Shown here piece by piece: positions 1-10,143 of a DNA stretch of 56,940 nucleotides. Position 1 is the first letter of the stretch. Each line of letters opens with the position of its first letter. A program made the position numbers and the translations under genes. This DNA comes from Tolypothrix carrinoi HA7290-LM1 (GTDB taxonomy: Bacteria > Cyanobacteriota > Cyanobacteriia > Cyanobacteriales > Nostocaceae): positions 1 to 56,940 of the forward strand of contig JAHHIK010000052.1 in the NCBI GenBank assembly GCA_019358935.1, read 5' to 3'. The notes under the pieces were generated by a model, which saw nothing but the letters and a program-made list of their open reading frames with translations, searched no databases and had not been told where the DNA came from.

Positions 1-124
1 ACGAGTTAAAAACTAGGGTAGTGAAAATTCTGGAAGCGCTGACTGTTGATGTCATCACTTCTTTGGCAGCTTGGGATTACATTATCCAAGCATTATCTGT
101 AGCAGGTATTTAACAAAATGGTAT
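1..124 (+). mobile_element. Right end of an IS630-family element (transposase C-terminus 3..113, truncated by window edge)
   Basis: Manual translation 3..113 gives ELKTRVVKILEALTVDVITSLAAWDYIIQALSVAGI*, resembling the C-terminus of cyanobacterial IS630 transposases. It is followed by AAATGGTAT, similar to their terminal repeat. Confidence 0.6.
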
Positions 125-263
125 CAGTCGGCGTTGGCGGGTATTTGGGTCAACTACTCCCGTCAGCAAACAAACGCTCTGGGGATTCAAGCTAGCAACT
201 GGATATGACGTGACTGTGGCTAGCTTGTGTCAATAAGTTGTATCGTCAAATATATTTGCAGCG

Positions 264-1376
264 TCAAGCTAAAGGCAGCGAAAAACGAAACGTACTCCCA
301 GACCCGAGTTCGCTTTCTACCTCAATTTGACCGCTTTGCAGTTCCACCAAACTGCGGGAGATAGTTAAACCAATACCAGTTCCTCCAGAATAGCGATCGC
401 GTGAAGTATCGGTTCGCCAAAAGCGCTCAAATACATGAGGTAAATCGGATGCGGCAATCCCAATACCTGTATCAATAACTGCAATCCAAAGTTTTGATTC
501 TTCAGTCCAAACACGAATAATAATCGAACCTGTGGGAGTATAACGCACCGCATTCCCCAGCAAATTGACCAAAATTTGTTCTGTGCGGTCAATATCCGCC
601 AAAACAAAAGGCAACTGTAAGGGACATTCTAAACGCAGAACTGGACCATCTTCTAGCAACTGGTCGGCAAATTTCTCTACTAATGACTCTAATAACGGAC
701 GCAGATTCATTGGTTGGATATTAACTGGCAAATAACCAGCTTCTGCTTTAGAAAGTTCTTGCAAATCGTTGACTAACCTTTCTAAACGCTTAGTTTCTTT
801 TGTTAACCGTTGATAAATCTCAGGAGTCGGCTTAATTCCGCCATCGGCAAGTTCTTCTAAGTAACCGCGCACAACTGTTAGAGGTGTCCGCAGTTCATGG
901 GTCATGTCTCCAATTAATTCTCGGCGCCGCGCTTCTACTCCTGACAAACTTGCTGCCATTCGGTTAAAAGAAGCACTCAGTCGATTCAGTTCGGGGACAC
1001 CAGATAAAGGTAGTCTTTCATCAAGCTGACCGGCAGCAATCTTTTGAGTAATTTGTTCAATTTCGGTCAACTGCTGCATAATTCGTTTAGAAACCCAGTA
1101 ACTCAATCCCCCAGCAGCTGTAGTCCCCACCAAGACTGACCAGAGAGTACTTCGTCGCCAAGCAATTTCAAATCCATCAACCAAATCAGTACGGACATCG
1201 ATTAAGTCGTATCCTTGATGCTCTAGTTTTTCTAAGTGCAGAACAAAAAAGCGGGGTGAAGAAACTTTGCTGATGATCACGAGACTAGCTACCCCCACCA
1301 CCATCACTACTAGGTGGGAGAAAAATAGGCGCGATGCCAAAGGCAAAGATTTCGTTTTCCTGGAGCTTATTTTCAT
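264..1376 (-). CDS. Two-component sensor histidine kinase (2 TM, HAMP, HisKA, HATPase; BaeS-like)
   Basis: HELRTPL H-box, NLLGNAVRY N-box, DTGIGI and GGTGIGL G-boxes, HAMP region; abuts the response regulator. Confidence 0.95.
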   Translation of the reverse strand: MKISSRKTKSLPLASRLFFSHLVVMVVGVASLVIISKVSSPRFFVLHLEKLEHQGYDLIDVRTDLVDGFEIAWRRSTLWSVLVGTTAAGGLSYWVSKRIMQQLTEIEQITQKIAAGQLDERLPLSGVPELNRLSASFNRMAASLSGVEARRRELIGDMTHELRTPLTVVRGYLEELADGGIKPTPEIYQRLTKETKRLERLVNDLQELSKAEAGYLPVNIQPMNLRPLLESLVEKFADQLLEDGPVLRLECPLQLPFVLADIDRTEQILVNLLGNAVRYTPTGSIIIRVWTEESKLWIAVIDTGIGIAASDLPHVFERFWRTDTSRDRYSGGTGIGLTISRSLVELQSGQIEVESELGSGSTFRFSLPLA

Positions 1377-2087
1377 CTAAACCACAGGGGCATCTTCAAA
1401 TTTATAGCCTACCCCAACAACAGTTTTAATAAAACTAGGGTGAGCTTGGTCTTTTTCAATTTTTTTCCGCAAGCGAGCAACATGAGTATCTACCACCCGC
1501 TCATCACCAAAAAAGTTATCACCCCAAAGTTTGTCAATTAGCTGGCTGCGGTTCCAAACTCGACCCGGATTGCTGACAAAGGTGCTTAATAAGTTAAATT
1601 CTAAAGTAGTTAAGTCCAAAATTTCCAATTCTTGAGAATTTTTTTGGCGGCTGGCGGTGCGCTGCTCTACATCTACGATAAAATTTTGTGTACGGTACAC
1701 CTGATTTTGTCCCCCTTGGCGGAGACTACGCCGTAATAATGCTCTGACTCTAGCAACTAACTCTCTAGGGCTGAATGGTTTTACCATGTAGTCATCAGCA
1801 CCAGTAGATAAGCCAATTACGCGATCGATTTCCTCGCCTTTGGCGGTGAGCATTAAGATATAAGGATCTTTTGCACTCCAGTTGTGGCGAATTCTCGCAC
1901 AAACTTCCAGCCCATCCAAACCAGGAATCATTAAATCTAGGATGATTAAGTCTGGTGGTTGCTCTTGAAACATCCTTAAAGCGCTTATACCATCGCGACT
2001 AATGCGACAGGAAAATCCTTCTTTTTCTAAAGAAAGTTGGATTAATTGAGCGATTTCTAGTTCATCTTCGACAATTAAAATGTCCAT
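1377..2087 (-). CDS. OmpR-family response regulator, cognate to the kinase (start may be up to 2138)
   Basis: ILIVEDE, DLMIPGLDG, KPF receiver motifs; winged-helix RVVDTHVARLRKK...TVVGVGY. Confidence 0.95.
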   Translation of the reverse strand: MDILIVEDELEIAQLIQLSLEKEGFSCRISRDGISALRMFQEQPPDLIILDLMIPGLDGLEVCARIRHNWSAKDPYILMLTAKGEEIDRVIGLSTGADDYMVKPFSPRELVARVRALLRRSLRQGGQNQVYRTQNFIVDVEQRTASRQKNSQELEILDLTTLEFNLLSTFVSNPGRVWNRSQLIDKLWGDNFFGDERVVDTHVARLRKKIEKDQAHPSFIKTVVGVGYKFEDAPVV

Positions 2088-2222
2088 CTGGCTACAGAGA
2101 GATTCCCCGGTTGTCATTTTACTAAGGAAAACGCTCAAGCTGCAATGGATGCTAATCCGGGACTTTGAAATTTTTGAGTCAGAGTGATTTTATTGCCGAC
2201 GGTGGCAATGTAAAATTGCTTC

Positions 2223-2909
2223 TTAAAAACTGGAGTTTGAGAGCGATCGATAATTATAGCCAGAATGAGGATCTTTTTGAATATATTGTTTAATGCTATC
2301 AAGGTCAATCAAGCAGTCAGCAACATCAATCAAGCTGTCGCTACTCATCCCGCGCAAGCTGACGACTTCAACCCGAACTCCTTTGTAGCTCAAAGCATTA
2401 ACCGCGTAAGCCAAATCTCCATGCCCACCGACTAAGACCGCAGTATCGTAGTAGGGTGATAAAGTTATCATATCTACAGCAATTTCTACATCCAGATTTG
2501 ATTTTTTAGAACCATCCGGAAGCGAAATTAGCTCTTTGGTGACTACGCGATAACCATTGCGACGCATCCAGAAGAGAAAACCCTGTTGCTTGTCATTGCC
2601 GCGCTCCATTCCACTGTAAAAGAAAGCACGTAATAATCTTGCATCTTGAGTTAAATGGCAGAGTAATTTAGCATAGTCAATTTCAATGCCGAGTTGCAAA
2701 GCTGTATGAAATAAGTTTGAGCCATCAATAAAAATCGCCACTCGACCGCGATTTGAGCTATTGCAAATCAATTGGTCAGCTGAAGTATTTGGTTTATTGG
2801 TGTTTTCACTTTCGACACCAGTGTTCATAAGGCGTTGCCCTTGCCTACGTGGTTTCTCCTTAAGTATTTTATCTTGATTTGTTTCTTTGTTAAAAGTACT
2901 AATAGTCAT
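2223..2909 (-). CDS. NYN-domain (LabA/DUF88-like) protein
   Basis: AIFIDGSNL, KSNLDVEIAVDM, GHGDLA, GVRVEV motifs. Confidence 0.9.
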   Translation of the reverse strand: MTISTFNKETNQDKILKEKPRRQGQRLMNTGVESENTNKPNTSADQLICNSSNRGRVAIFIDGSNLFHTALQLGIEIDYAKLLCHLTQDARLLRAFFYSGMERGNDKQQGFLFWMRRNGYRVVTKELISLPDGSKKSNLDVEIAVDMITLSPYYDTAVLVGGHGDLAYAVNALSYKGVRVEVVSLRGMSSDSLIDVADCLIDLDSIKQYIQKDPHSGYNYRSLSNSSF

Positions 2910-3799
2910 TGATACCTCTATATTTTAAATCGGGAATGTTTTTTCGGCGAATTGGCATTCTTATAATCTATGGGTTTGTTCTCACTTTAATAGCAAATTG
3001 TCTTCAGCAACTAAGGAAAGATCCTAAAGTCCACAGTCAAGAAAAAATAACATTAATTCTTAACTTTTGTCAGCCGAGGAGCAACTTATCTGCTTATAGT
3101 TTTATTCTACCTGAGTTATTACTTATTGCTTTCATGCATAACTTCTGTTAATAAACAGTTAATAAATAACTAATGTATTCTGCACGAAAGTTAAATGTGC
3201 AACAGATTATTATGGGAATAAGATTACATTTTCTCACATTGATTTCTCAGGTAATTTCCAACTTGGCAGCAAAGTATGAAGAATCATTTGCAAAAAATAT
3301 TTAGTTAATAAAGTTAGGAAATGTCCAATTTATGTCTCCAAAAATTGTTTTTTTGTCAAATCAAGGCAAAAAGAGGGTTTTTATAATGATAATACCGTTA
3401 TATAATACCGTTTTCTGCTGATGCTAGCTATAAATACTCAAAGGTTTGTAATCTAGGGCAATAAAGCCGTAGATTAAATGACGTGTTGCCGAGTCTAGCC
3501 CAGGCAACACAGCTAAAAGCGGAGTATATACACAAAAATTTCCTGGTGTCAAGCTTTAACTGAGTATCTAAAGTGGTATTTTTCTATTCGTTATAAAAGT
3601 TACAACAAAAAAAATGAATAATTTCTCTAGATTAACAAAACTATATGAAAAAGAGGGGGAAAGGGGTATCACAAACAATAGACAAAAATGGACAGCCTTG
3701 TTTACTAGATCCTCGATCCCCCACGACATTTTCGGATGTTCGCGAAGCGTCTCCCCTTGGGAGAAGGCTGTCCATTTTTGTCCAGCATCGGATCTAGGG

Positions 3800-3887
3800 A
3801 GGCAGTGCGTTGCGGAGCCAGCGCCGTGGGCGGGTTTCCCGACTTGAGGCGACTGGCGTGGGGTTCCCCCCGTTGTAGCACCTGCTT
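3800..3887. repeat. Nested small dispersed palindromic repeat (CAG..GCGTTG..GGGTT(T)CCC..GTTG/CTTG..GCGACTG family)
   Basis: Near-identical to the inner part of the Uma2 insertion (35375-35566) and related to elements at ~13551-13592, ~21464-21512 and ~48660-48703. Confidence 0.75.
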
Positions 3888-4213
3888 ATGATTGGGGAAA
3901 GGGGAAAGGGATTTTTAAGAGAATGCTTAAGAAAATTTTGTCGTAAATATTTATACTAAACAATCATTACATTTACTCTATATTTATCATTGAGTCTTCA
4001 ATTAAGAAGTTGCCTTTACAAATCTTTATAAAAAATAAAAGCTTTCCTCACAAGTTCCTCAAATTTGATAGTTATTCTGAAAAAAGAGCTAAGTACGTGG
4101 ACTTAAATGAAGTGAATATTTAACTTTATTTCAACCAACTTACTTAATTTGCTGCATAGGCGATCGCTCGCGCTTTAGAATTCACACCTTTATTATTAGA
4201 AGTTTGACAAATC

Positions 4214-4414
4214 ATGAATAACTGTCCTTGCTGTTCTGGATTACTTTTGCGACATATACGTGGTTCCGAAGTTTACTACTTTTGCCGCAACTGCTGGCAA
4301 ACAATGCCAGCACTGGATTTTGAAAGGCACAATTTATCGCCAGATTTGGTATCGAGTTTATCAAAAAAACGTTTCCGAGGAGAACTCGGTAATGCGGGTG
4401 TTGCCTTGTGTTAA
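4214..4414 (+). CDS. Small zinc-ribbon-like conserved cyanobacterial protein
   Basis: CPCC...LLRH...YYFCRNCWQ with two Cys pairs; ATG start. Confidence 0.75.
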   Translation: MNNCPCCSGLLLRHIRGSEVYYFCRNCWQTMPALDFERHNLSPDLVSSLSKKRFRGELGNAGVALC

Positions 4415-4616
4415 AGAAAATTAATCGGTTAACATGTTTAGATAATTTGCGTTGTATTATTTGAGGAATAATGCATTTAATCGCCCGCAGGCTATAAGCC
4501 TGGGGCTAGAAGAACAAAGCCCGTCTGCACGGGCTACATTTGTTGCATCTTCATCGAGAAATGCTATTCCTTCTAATCCCCTCATTGTTGGCTTTGAGAA
4601 GGTGAAAAGTTGAATT

Positions 4617-5156
4617 TTAAGAACAACTGGTAAGAGCTGCACCACATTGGTCAAGCCTTGCCAACCAACCCTTAATACCTTTATACTCGACTTGCGCCCA
4701 TTGTCCCTGACAGCCCAATAATTTAACACTGGTATTAGCGGGAACTCTGCCTAATTTACGACTTGTTGGATTGGTGCTGGTGTAAATATTTACGCCATTT
4801 GTATTGTAGCCCCGCGTCGATATGCCTAAGTTTGGTAAATATACCCAGCCAGTTCCTTTAAAACCGCTACCGATATTCTTTATCTGTGCCCAACTTCCGG
4901 AAGTAGCGACAATTTGAACTGTCTCGTTACCAGGTACTTTTCCTAAAATTCTGTTATTGGAACTTGCGCCATTCCGCACATTTAATCCTTGGGGATCTTT
5001 ATCGGTGACATAAACAGAAATATCACACTTTTGTTGTTTGGTTGCTTGGGCTAAGACTATTTGATTAGCTATACCAGTATTGGCGATCGCACTGATAAAA
5101 CTGATTGCTAATCCCATCGTTAGCTTTGACGCTTGATTTTTCTGGGGTTTTTGCAT
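4617..5156 (-). CDS. Exported protein with two bacterial SH3 (SH3b) domains
   Basis: Signal-like N-terminus; LNVRNGAS...GWVY and GVNIY...GWL repeats. Confidence 0.85.
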   Translation of the reverse strand: MQKPQKNQASKLTMGLAISFISAIANTGIANQIVLAQATKQQKCDISVYVTDKDPQGLNVRNGASSNNRILGKVPGNETVQIVATSGSWAQIKNIGSGFKGTGWVYLPNLGISTRGYNTNGVNIYTSTNPTSRKLGRVPANTSVKLLGCQGQWAQVEYKGIKGWLARLDQCGAALTSCS

Positions 5157-5418
5157 ATATTCTCCAATTTTTGGACACTAGCACTGAGAATGGTGTCCTT
5201 TTTCTATCTGACATCGTAACCGAACAAGTGATGGTCTATTTTGTCAGAAAATTTTCTCAAACGAATTTAAAGTTTGTAATAAATCTTAATTATATTAAAT
5301 TCAGCCCCGCCTTTGCTGGTGGATGCAACGCAACGCTCGTGGTTGAGTGTAAAATGTTCACTATACCGCGTAAATCGCCCAAAGATTAAGTTAAAAGCTT
5401 GAACATTGATTTAGTAAT

Positions 5419-6300
5419 ATGAATATCAAGACACACCCAATATCAGATAAGATAGGTCAACAAATTATTAATGTAGATAATACTAGTATTTTCAAACTAG
5501 ATTTAGAAGAAATTATTAGTCTATTTAAATTTTACGGTGTCTTACTTTTTAGAGGATTTGAAGCTAATGCCGACATTTTTAAAGAATTTAGCAATTTATT
5601 AAGTACCGATTTTATAGATTATGCTGGAGGAGCCTTCGCTAGAAGGGCAATTAATGGAGATAATACTCTTTTAAGTGTAAACGATTATCAGTTTGAAATT
5701 AAGTTGCACGGAGAAATGTACTATCAGAAGAACATTCCACTTTTGGTGTGGTTTTTTTGTGCTAATCCTGCATCACAAAATGGTGAAACAACAGTGTGTG
5801 ATGGCAGACAATTTTTTAATGAAATCAGTAGTTCAACCAAAGAATTATTTAGGAAAAAAAAGCTAAAGTTCACCGTTTGTATGAATCAAGACGAGTGGCA
5901 CAAAAAATACCAAACTGATGACTTAAATAAATTAGGAGAGATGTGTAAAAGCAATAATACTTACCTGAAAGTCAACGAAAATCAATCGATTGTTCTTGAA
6001 TACGTTTGCCCAGCAATCATTCCTAGCAGATGTGGCAAATATCAGGTTTTTATTAATAGTCTATTGCCAACAAAGCAGTTAAATCCAGACGTTCTTATCT
6101 TTGATGATAATTCCGAAATTCCTGATGATGTTGTTTCTGAACTGAATGAAATTGCTGAGAGATTAACCACGGAGATATCTTGGGCAAAAGGGGATATTTT
6201 AATGATTGACAATACAAGGATACTTCATGGTAGAAGAGCTTTTTCTGATGAAAAAAGAGATATTTATATCAGGCTATGTGCCCCAGCTTTTCCATTTTGA
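5419..6300 (+). CDS. TauD/TfdA-family Fe(II)/2-oxoglutarate dioxygenase (SyrP-like, HxE)
   Basis: GVLLFRGF, LHGEMYY, GETTVCDG, DNTRILHGRRAF. Confidence 0.9.
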   Translation: MNIKTHPISDKIGQQIINVDNTSIFKLDLEEIISLFKFYGVLLFRGFEANADIFKEFSNLLSTDFIDYAGGAFARRAINGDNTLLSVNDYQFEIKLHGEMYYQKNIPLLVWFFCANPASQNGETTVCDGRQFFNEISSSTKELFRKKKLKFTVCMNQDEWHKKYQTDDLNKLGEMCKSNNTYLKVNENQSIVLEYVCPAIIPSRCGKYQVFINSLLPTKQLNPDVLIFDDNSEIPDDVVSELNEIAERLTTEISWAKGDILMIDNTRILHGRRAFSDEKRDIYIRLCAPAFPF

Positions 6301-6361
6301 GATTTTGTTAATGCTGTGTCAGCTTGACTGATTTTATCAGCCAAGCTTGTTTACTAATACT

Positions 6362-7870
6362 TTACCTCACATCGTACCCGAACAAATTCGGATCAACTTC
6401 TCCTAATTGCAAATCTGCTAAACCATATTCTGCCCATCGTCTTTCTACCATCGCTGCTATATCTGCATCCGATTCTAAAGGTGCCCCCCATTCATGTTCG
6501 GTTTCTGGGGGAATCTTCGTAGTTGCATCAATTCCCATTCTTCCACCTAAACCGATTTTTTCGCTGGCAAAATCTAAAGTATCGAAAGGCGTATTCGGTA
6601 AAATAAATACATCCCGTGTAGGATCTACTTTAGAACTAATTGCCCACACGACTTGACGCGGATCGCGAATATTTATATCTTTATCGACAACAATCACAAA
6701 TTTGGTGTATGTGAATTGTGGCAAAGCACTCCAAAATGCTAAAGCTGCCCGTCGCGCTTGTCCGGGATATGCTTTATCAATAGATATAATTGCCGCTTTG
6801 TAAGATAGCGCTTCCATTGGTAAGAAGAAGTCTACAATTTCTGAGACTTGTTGCCGTAAAATGGGGGTGTAAATCCGATTGAGTGCGATCGCCATCATCG
6901 CTTCTTCTTTCGGTGGACGACCGCTAAATGTTGTTAAGTAAATCGGATCTTTGCGGTGTGTTATGCATTGAAAGCGAATCAACGGCGAATCTTCTACACC
7001 ACCGTAATATCCCATATGATCGCCAAAGGGACCATCGGGTAAAACTTCCCCTGGTGTAATTGTTCCTTCCAGCACAAATTCTGAGTCTGCGGGAACTTCT
7101 AAATCTACGGTTTTACACTTCGCCAAACTTACTCCAGAACCGCCGTAAAGTCCAGCAAACAGCCATTCTGATAAGTCTACCGGAATCGGCGTGGCAGCTG
7201 CCATGATAATTAAAGGATCTACCCCCAGAGCGATCGCTACTTCTAATTTCTTTCCACGTTCGACAGCTTTTCGCAAATGTCTTGCCCCACCCCGCACCGA
7301 TAACCAATGTACTGTCATCGTGTTCTGAGATTGTAGTTGCAAGCGATACACACCAACATTCGGCGTACCTGTCTCGCAATCCTTTGTAATTACCAGCCCC
7401 AGCGTAATAATCTTGCCAGCATCACCAGGATAGGGACGTATCAACGGTAACTTATTTAAATCTAAATCATCGCCTTGGATGACAACTTGCTGACAAGCGG
7501 GGAAAAAATCGCGTCCCGGTTTCGCTTTCAGGACATCAAACAGTACTTTACCAAAGTCTATCGCTTGGGAAATCTTCTTTGGCGGCTTTGGTTGTTGCAG
7601 CATCGCTAACTTTTTCCCCAAATCCTCCAACTCTAGGGGATGCTGCATATTCATTGCCCAGCATATCCTTTCCACTGTTCCCATCAAATTCACCGCTACT
7701 GCAAACGGTGAACCTTTGACATTCTCAAATAACAGTCCCGGACCACCCTTTTGCAGCATTCGGTTAGAAATTTCCGCAATTTCTAAATCTGGATCAACTA
7801 ACGCAGAAATCCGCTTTAATTGTCCCTTTTCTTCTAAAATTTTAATGAATCCCCGTAAATCTCTTGCCAT
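6362..7870 (-). CDS. ubiD: UbiD-family decarboxylase (plastoquinone pathway)
   Basis: DLRGFIKILE, NVGVYRLQ, DGPFGDHMGYY, GRPPKEE, GIDATTK. Confidence 0.95.
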   Translation of the reverse strand: MARDLRGFIKILEEKGQLKRISALVDPDLEIAEISNRMLQKGGPGLLFENVKGSPFAVAVNLMGTVERICWAMNMQHPLELEDLGKKLAMLQQPKPPKKISQAIDFGKVLFDVLKAKPGRDFFPACQQVVIQGDDLDLNKLPLIRPYPGDAGKIITLGLVITKDCETGTPNVGVYRLQLQSQNTMTVHWLSVRGGARHLRKAVERGKKLEVAIALGVDPLIIMAAATPIPVDLSEWLFAGLYGGSGVSLAKCKTVDLEVPADSEFVLEGTITPGEVLPDGPFGDHMGYYGGVEDSPLIRFQCITHRKDPIYLTTFSGRPPKEEAMMAIALNRIYTPILRQQVSEIVDFFLPMEALSYKAAIISIDKAYPGQARRAALAFWSALPQFTYTKFVIVVDKDINIRDPRQVVWAISSKVDPTRDVFILPNTPFDTLDFASEKIGLGGRMGIDATTKIPPETEHEWGAPLESDADIAAMVERRWAEYGLADLQLGEVDPNLFGYDVR

Positions 7871-7875
7871 TGTTT

Positions 7876-7893
7876 ATAGTAAATAAATGTAAA
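7876..7893 (-). promoter_or_regulatory. HLR1-like (RpaB) direct repeat upstream of ubiD
   Basis: Minus strand TTTACATT-TA-TTTACTAT versus consensus KTTACAWW-N2-KTTACAWW (1 mismatch). Confidence 0.5.
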
Positions 7894-7978
7894 GCACTCT
7901 TTATATTATTAGTTATTTGTTAGTGGGAGCGTGGTTAGTTGTTGGTTGTTAGTTGCTGGTTGTTAGTGGGAGCGTTGT

Positions 7979-8040
7979 TGTCCCCCTTGTCCCCCTTGTC
8001 CCCCTTGTCCCCCTGTCCCCCTGTCCCCCTGTCCCCTCCT
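7979..8040. repeat. STRR-like short tandem repeat (GTCCCCC(T)T)n
   Basis: Directly visible 8-9 bp tandem units. Confidence 0.85.
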
Positions 8041-8156
8041 CAAATTGCCCCATGCCCTAGAATTTATTATTTTTTAACGATCGCAAACAAAATATTCAGG
8101 TATCCTAACCGGAATCTGCATTAATTTTTACAACCATTGTGCCTAGTTAATTAAAT

Positions 8157-8843
8157 ATGACGAGAATATATGACATTTTACTGGCAGGCGGTTTTGTTAT
8201 GTTTCCCCTGTTGGTTTTATCTGTTGTTACGTTTGGCTGTGCTGTAGAACGCTGTTGGTTCTGGTTTAAGCTAATTATCCAACAAAAACAGATAGTGCAG
8301 GAAGTGTTGAGTGCAGCCCGGTTAGACTTAGAAAAGGCAGAAGCGATCGCTTCTCGTTCTCAAGGTTTAGCGATTGGTCGCTTTTTGTTAGCACCGCTAA
8401 GACTGCGGAAAGCTTCTCCAGAAATCTTTCACCTGGCAATCAAAGCAGCATCTGATAAAGAATGTGTCGAGATGTATAAAGGTGATAAAGTACTGGAAAG
8501 CGTGATGGCGATCGCTCCACTACTGGGTATATTAGGTACATCAGCCGGTCTATTCACCACCTTCCAACATTTGAGAACTGGTCAGGTGAGCAGTGTTCAT
8601 CTGTCTGCGGTTGCAAGTGGTATCGCTCAAGCGCTGATTGCGTCTGCAACTGGGATGAGTGTGGCGATTTTGGCTTTGGTATTTTTGCGAATTTTTATAA
8701 TTGTGCGATCGCGCCAAATTGACTATTTTTCTCAAGTAGGTAGCGAACTCGAACTAATTTATCTTGAATTTTGGCATGAATCTTCAACAGCCGATGTAAG
8801 CATTCAAGGAGTTAGCGAAAAGTCAAATAGTAAAGAAGAGTAA
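8157..8843 (+). CDS. MotA/TolQ/ExbB proton channel family protein
   Basis: GGFVMFPL, APLLGILGT, GIAQALIASATG; three TM segments. Confidence 0.9.
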   Translation: MTRIYDILLAGGFVMFPLLVLSVVTFGCAVERCWFWFKLIIQQKQIVQEVLSAARLDLEKAEAIASRSQGLAIGRFLLAPLRLRKASPEIFHLAIKAASDKECVEMYKGDKVLESVMAIAPLLGILGTSAGLFTTFQHLRTGQVSSVHLSAVASGIAQALIASATGMSVAILALVFLRIFIIVRSRQIDYFSQVGSELELIYLEFWHESSTADVSIQGVSEKSNSKEE

Positions 8844-8868
8844 TTATGAGTTATTTATACGAAACGTT

Positions 8869-9265
8869 GCGATCGCCTCGATAAAAAATCATCATCAAAA
8901 AGCGAATGCCTACGAAATGAGTACGCAATCTACTTAAATTATTAAGCGATCGGGCTTTTTGTTTACCGAATCTATTGAAATGAGTGCGCGATCTACTGAA
9001 ATGAGTAAGCAAAAAGGCATTTGACTTACTCAAAATGGCATTTGACTTACTCATTTTAGTGTTTTCCGCAAGCAAAAAGGCATTTGACTTACTCAAAAAG
9101 GCATTTGACTTACTCATTTTAGTGTTTTCCGCAAGCAAAATGGCATTTGACTTACTCATTTTGGTGTTTTCCGCAAGCAAAATGGCATTTGACTTACTCA
9201 TTTTGGTGTTTTCCGCAAGCAATAGCGATCGCCTTGATAAAAAATCATCATAAAAAAGCGATCGC
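8869..9265. repeat. 21-bp-period array (units A=AAAAWGGCATTTGACTTACTC, B=ATTTTRGTGTTTTCCGCAAGC; order AABAABABAB) flanked by ~37-bp HIP1-initiated direct repeats
   Basis: Read directly; flanks GCGATCGCCTYGATAAAAAATCATCATMAAAAAGCGA at ~8869 and ~9225. Confidence 0.85.
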
Positions 9266-9307
9266 TCTGTGCTGAACGCACCATTTCTGTTGGAACTGCT
9301 TTTTTGC

Positions 9308-10039
9308 TTAAACTTTCAACAAAGAACAAACTGAATCCAACTGACGTAGAGATTGCCAGAAGTCGAGAATCTGTTCTGCAACGATTTCCGGCTCGAATAA
9401 GTGAAAAAAATGCCGTCCTTTTTGACATTCCCAATAGCGATCGCCCTCCATCAAAAACGGTCGCCATCCTTGCAGGGCATCGCGTTCTACAATGATATCG
9501 TCAGTGCTACCACAAACCATTAAGGGCACAGGGACTGGACAGGGAGGCACGCTTAACCGTTTAAACAAAGAGTGAGGTGAGAGCGAGCAATTCTTATCTT
9601 GCTCCAAGATACTCTCTAGACGCTTGACGGTGAGTTCATTCTGATAGCCAAATAAGTTATACACCATCGCAGTAAGAATCTTTTGGTGACTCAAGAAAGG
9701 GAGATGGGTATAGTAATGAGCTTGCCAGTCAAGAGCTGCATCAGCACCCACAGCTAATAAAGTTAAAGATTTAACTTTTTCTGGATATCGACGTGCATAT
9801 AGTAGCCCTAGTAATCCTCCCGTGCTGTGACCAATCAGATGCACAGGTTGATTGCTTGATTCGAGATAACTATGCAGCAGCTGTACCGCAACATCTAAGG
9901 AACTTGCTTCATCCTGAGTTTGACTATATTCCCACCGGGCAATAGTTACATCATGTGACAGTTCACGCAATAGCGGTTTAGCAAAGCATAACAAACTAGG
10001 GCTTGTATTCAACCAAATGACATCTGGCTGTTTAGACAT
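9308..10039 (-). CDS. Alpha/beta hydrolase, IsiC-like (last gene of the isi operon)
   Basis: GHSTGG nucleophile elbow, D and GRHFFH; lies directly downstream of flavodoxin. Confidence 0.85.
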   Translation of the reverse strand: MSKQPDVIWLNTSPSLLCFAKPLLRELSHDVTIARWEYSQTQDEASSLDVAVQLLHSYLESSNQPVHLIGHSTGGLLGLLYARRYPEKVKSLTLLAVGADAALDWQAHYYTHLPFLSHQKILTAMVYNLFGYQNELTVKRLESILEQDKNCSLSPHSLFKRLSVPPCPVPVPLMVCGSTDDIIVERDALQGWRPFLMEGDRYWECQKGRHFFHLFEPEIVAEQILDFWQSLRQLDSVCSLLKV

Positions 10040-10143
10040 TAATTTAACCTGCAAGTAATTAGAGTTGTAAAATTATCGTTAACCCTGTTAATAGCTAACA
10101 GCAATAAAGCAAGTTAGCTATTAACTATTAGCTATTATTTCGG

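Noticed and set aside
8851..9253. CRISPR array or genuine repeat proteins (ORFs 8851..9222 and 9035..9253)
   Set aside because: Units alternate between two fixed 21-mers with no unique spacers and no cas genes; the ORFs are by-products of the 21-bp period
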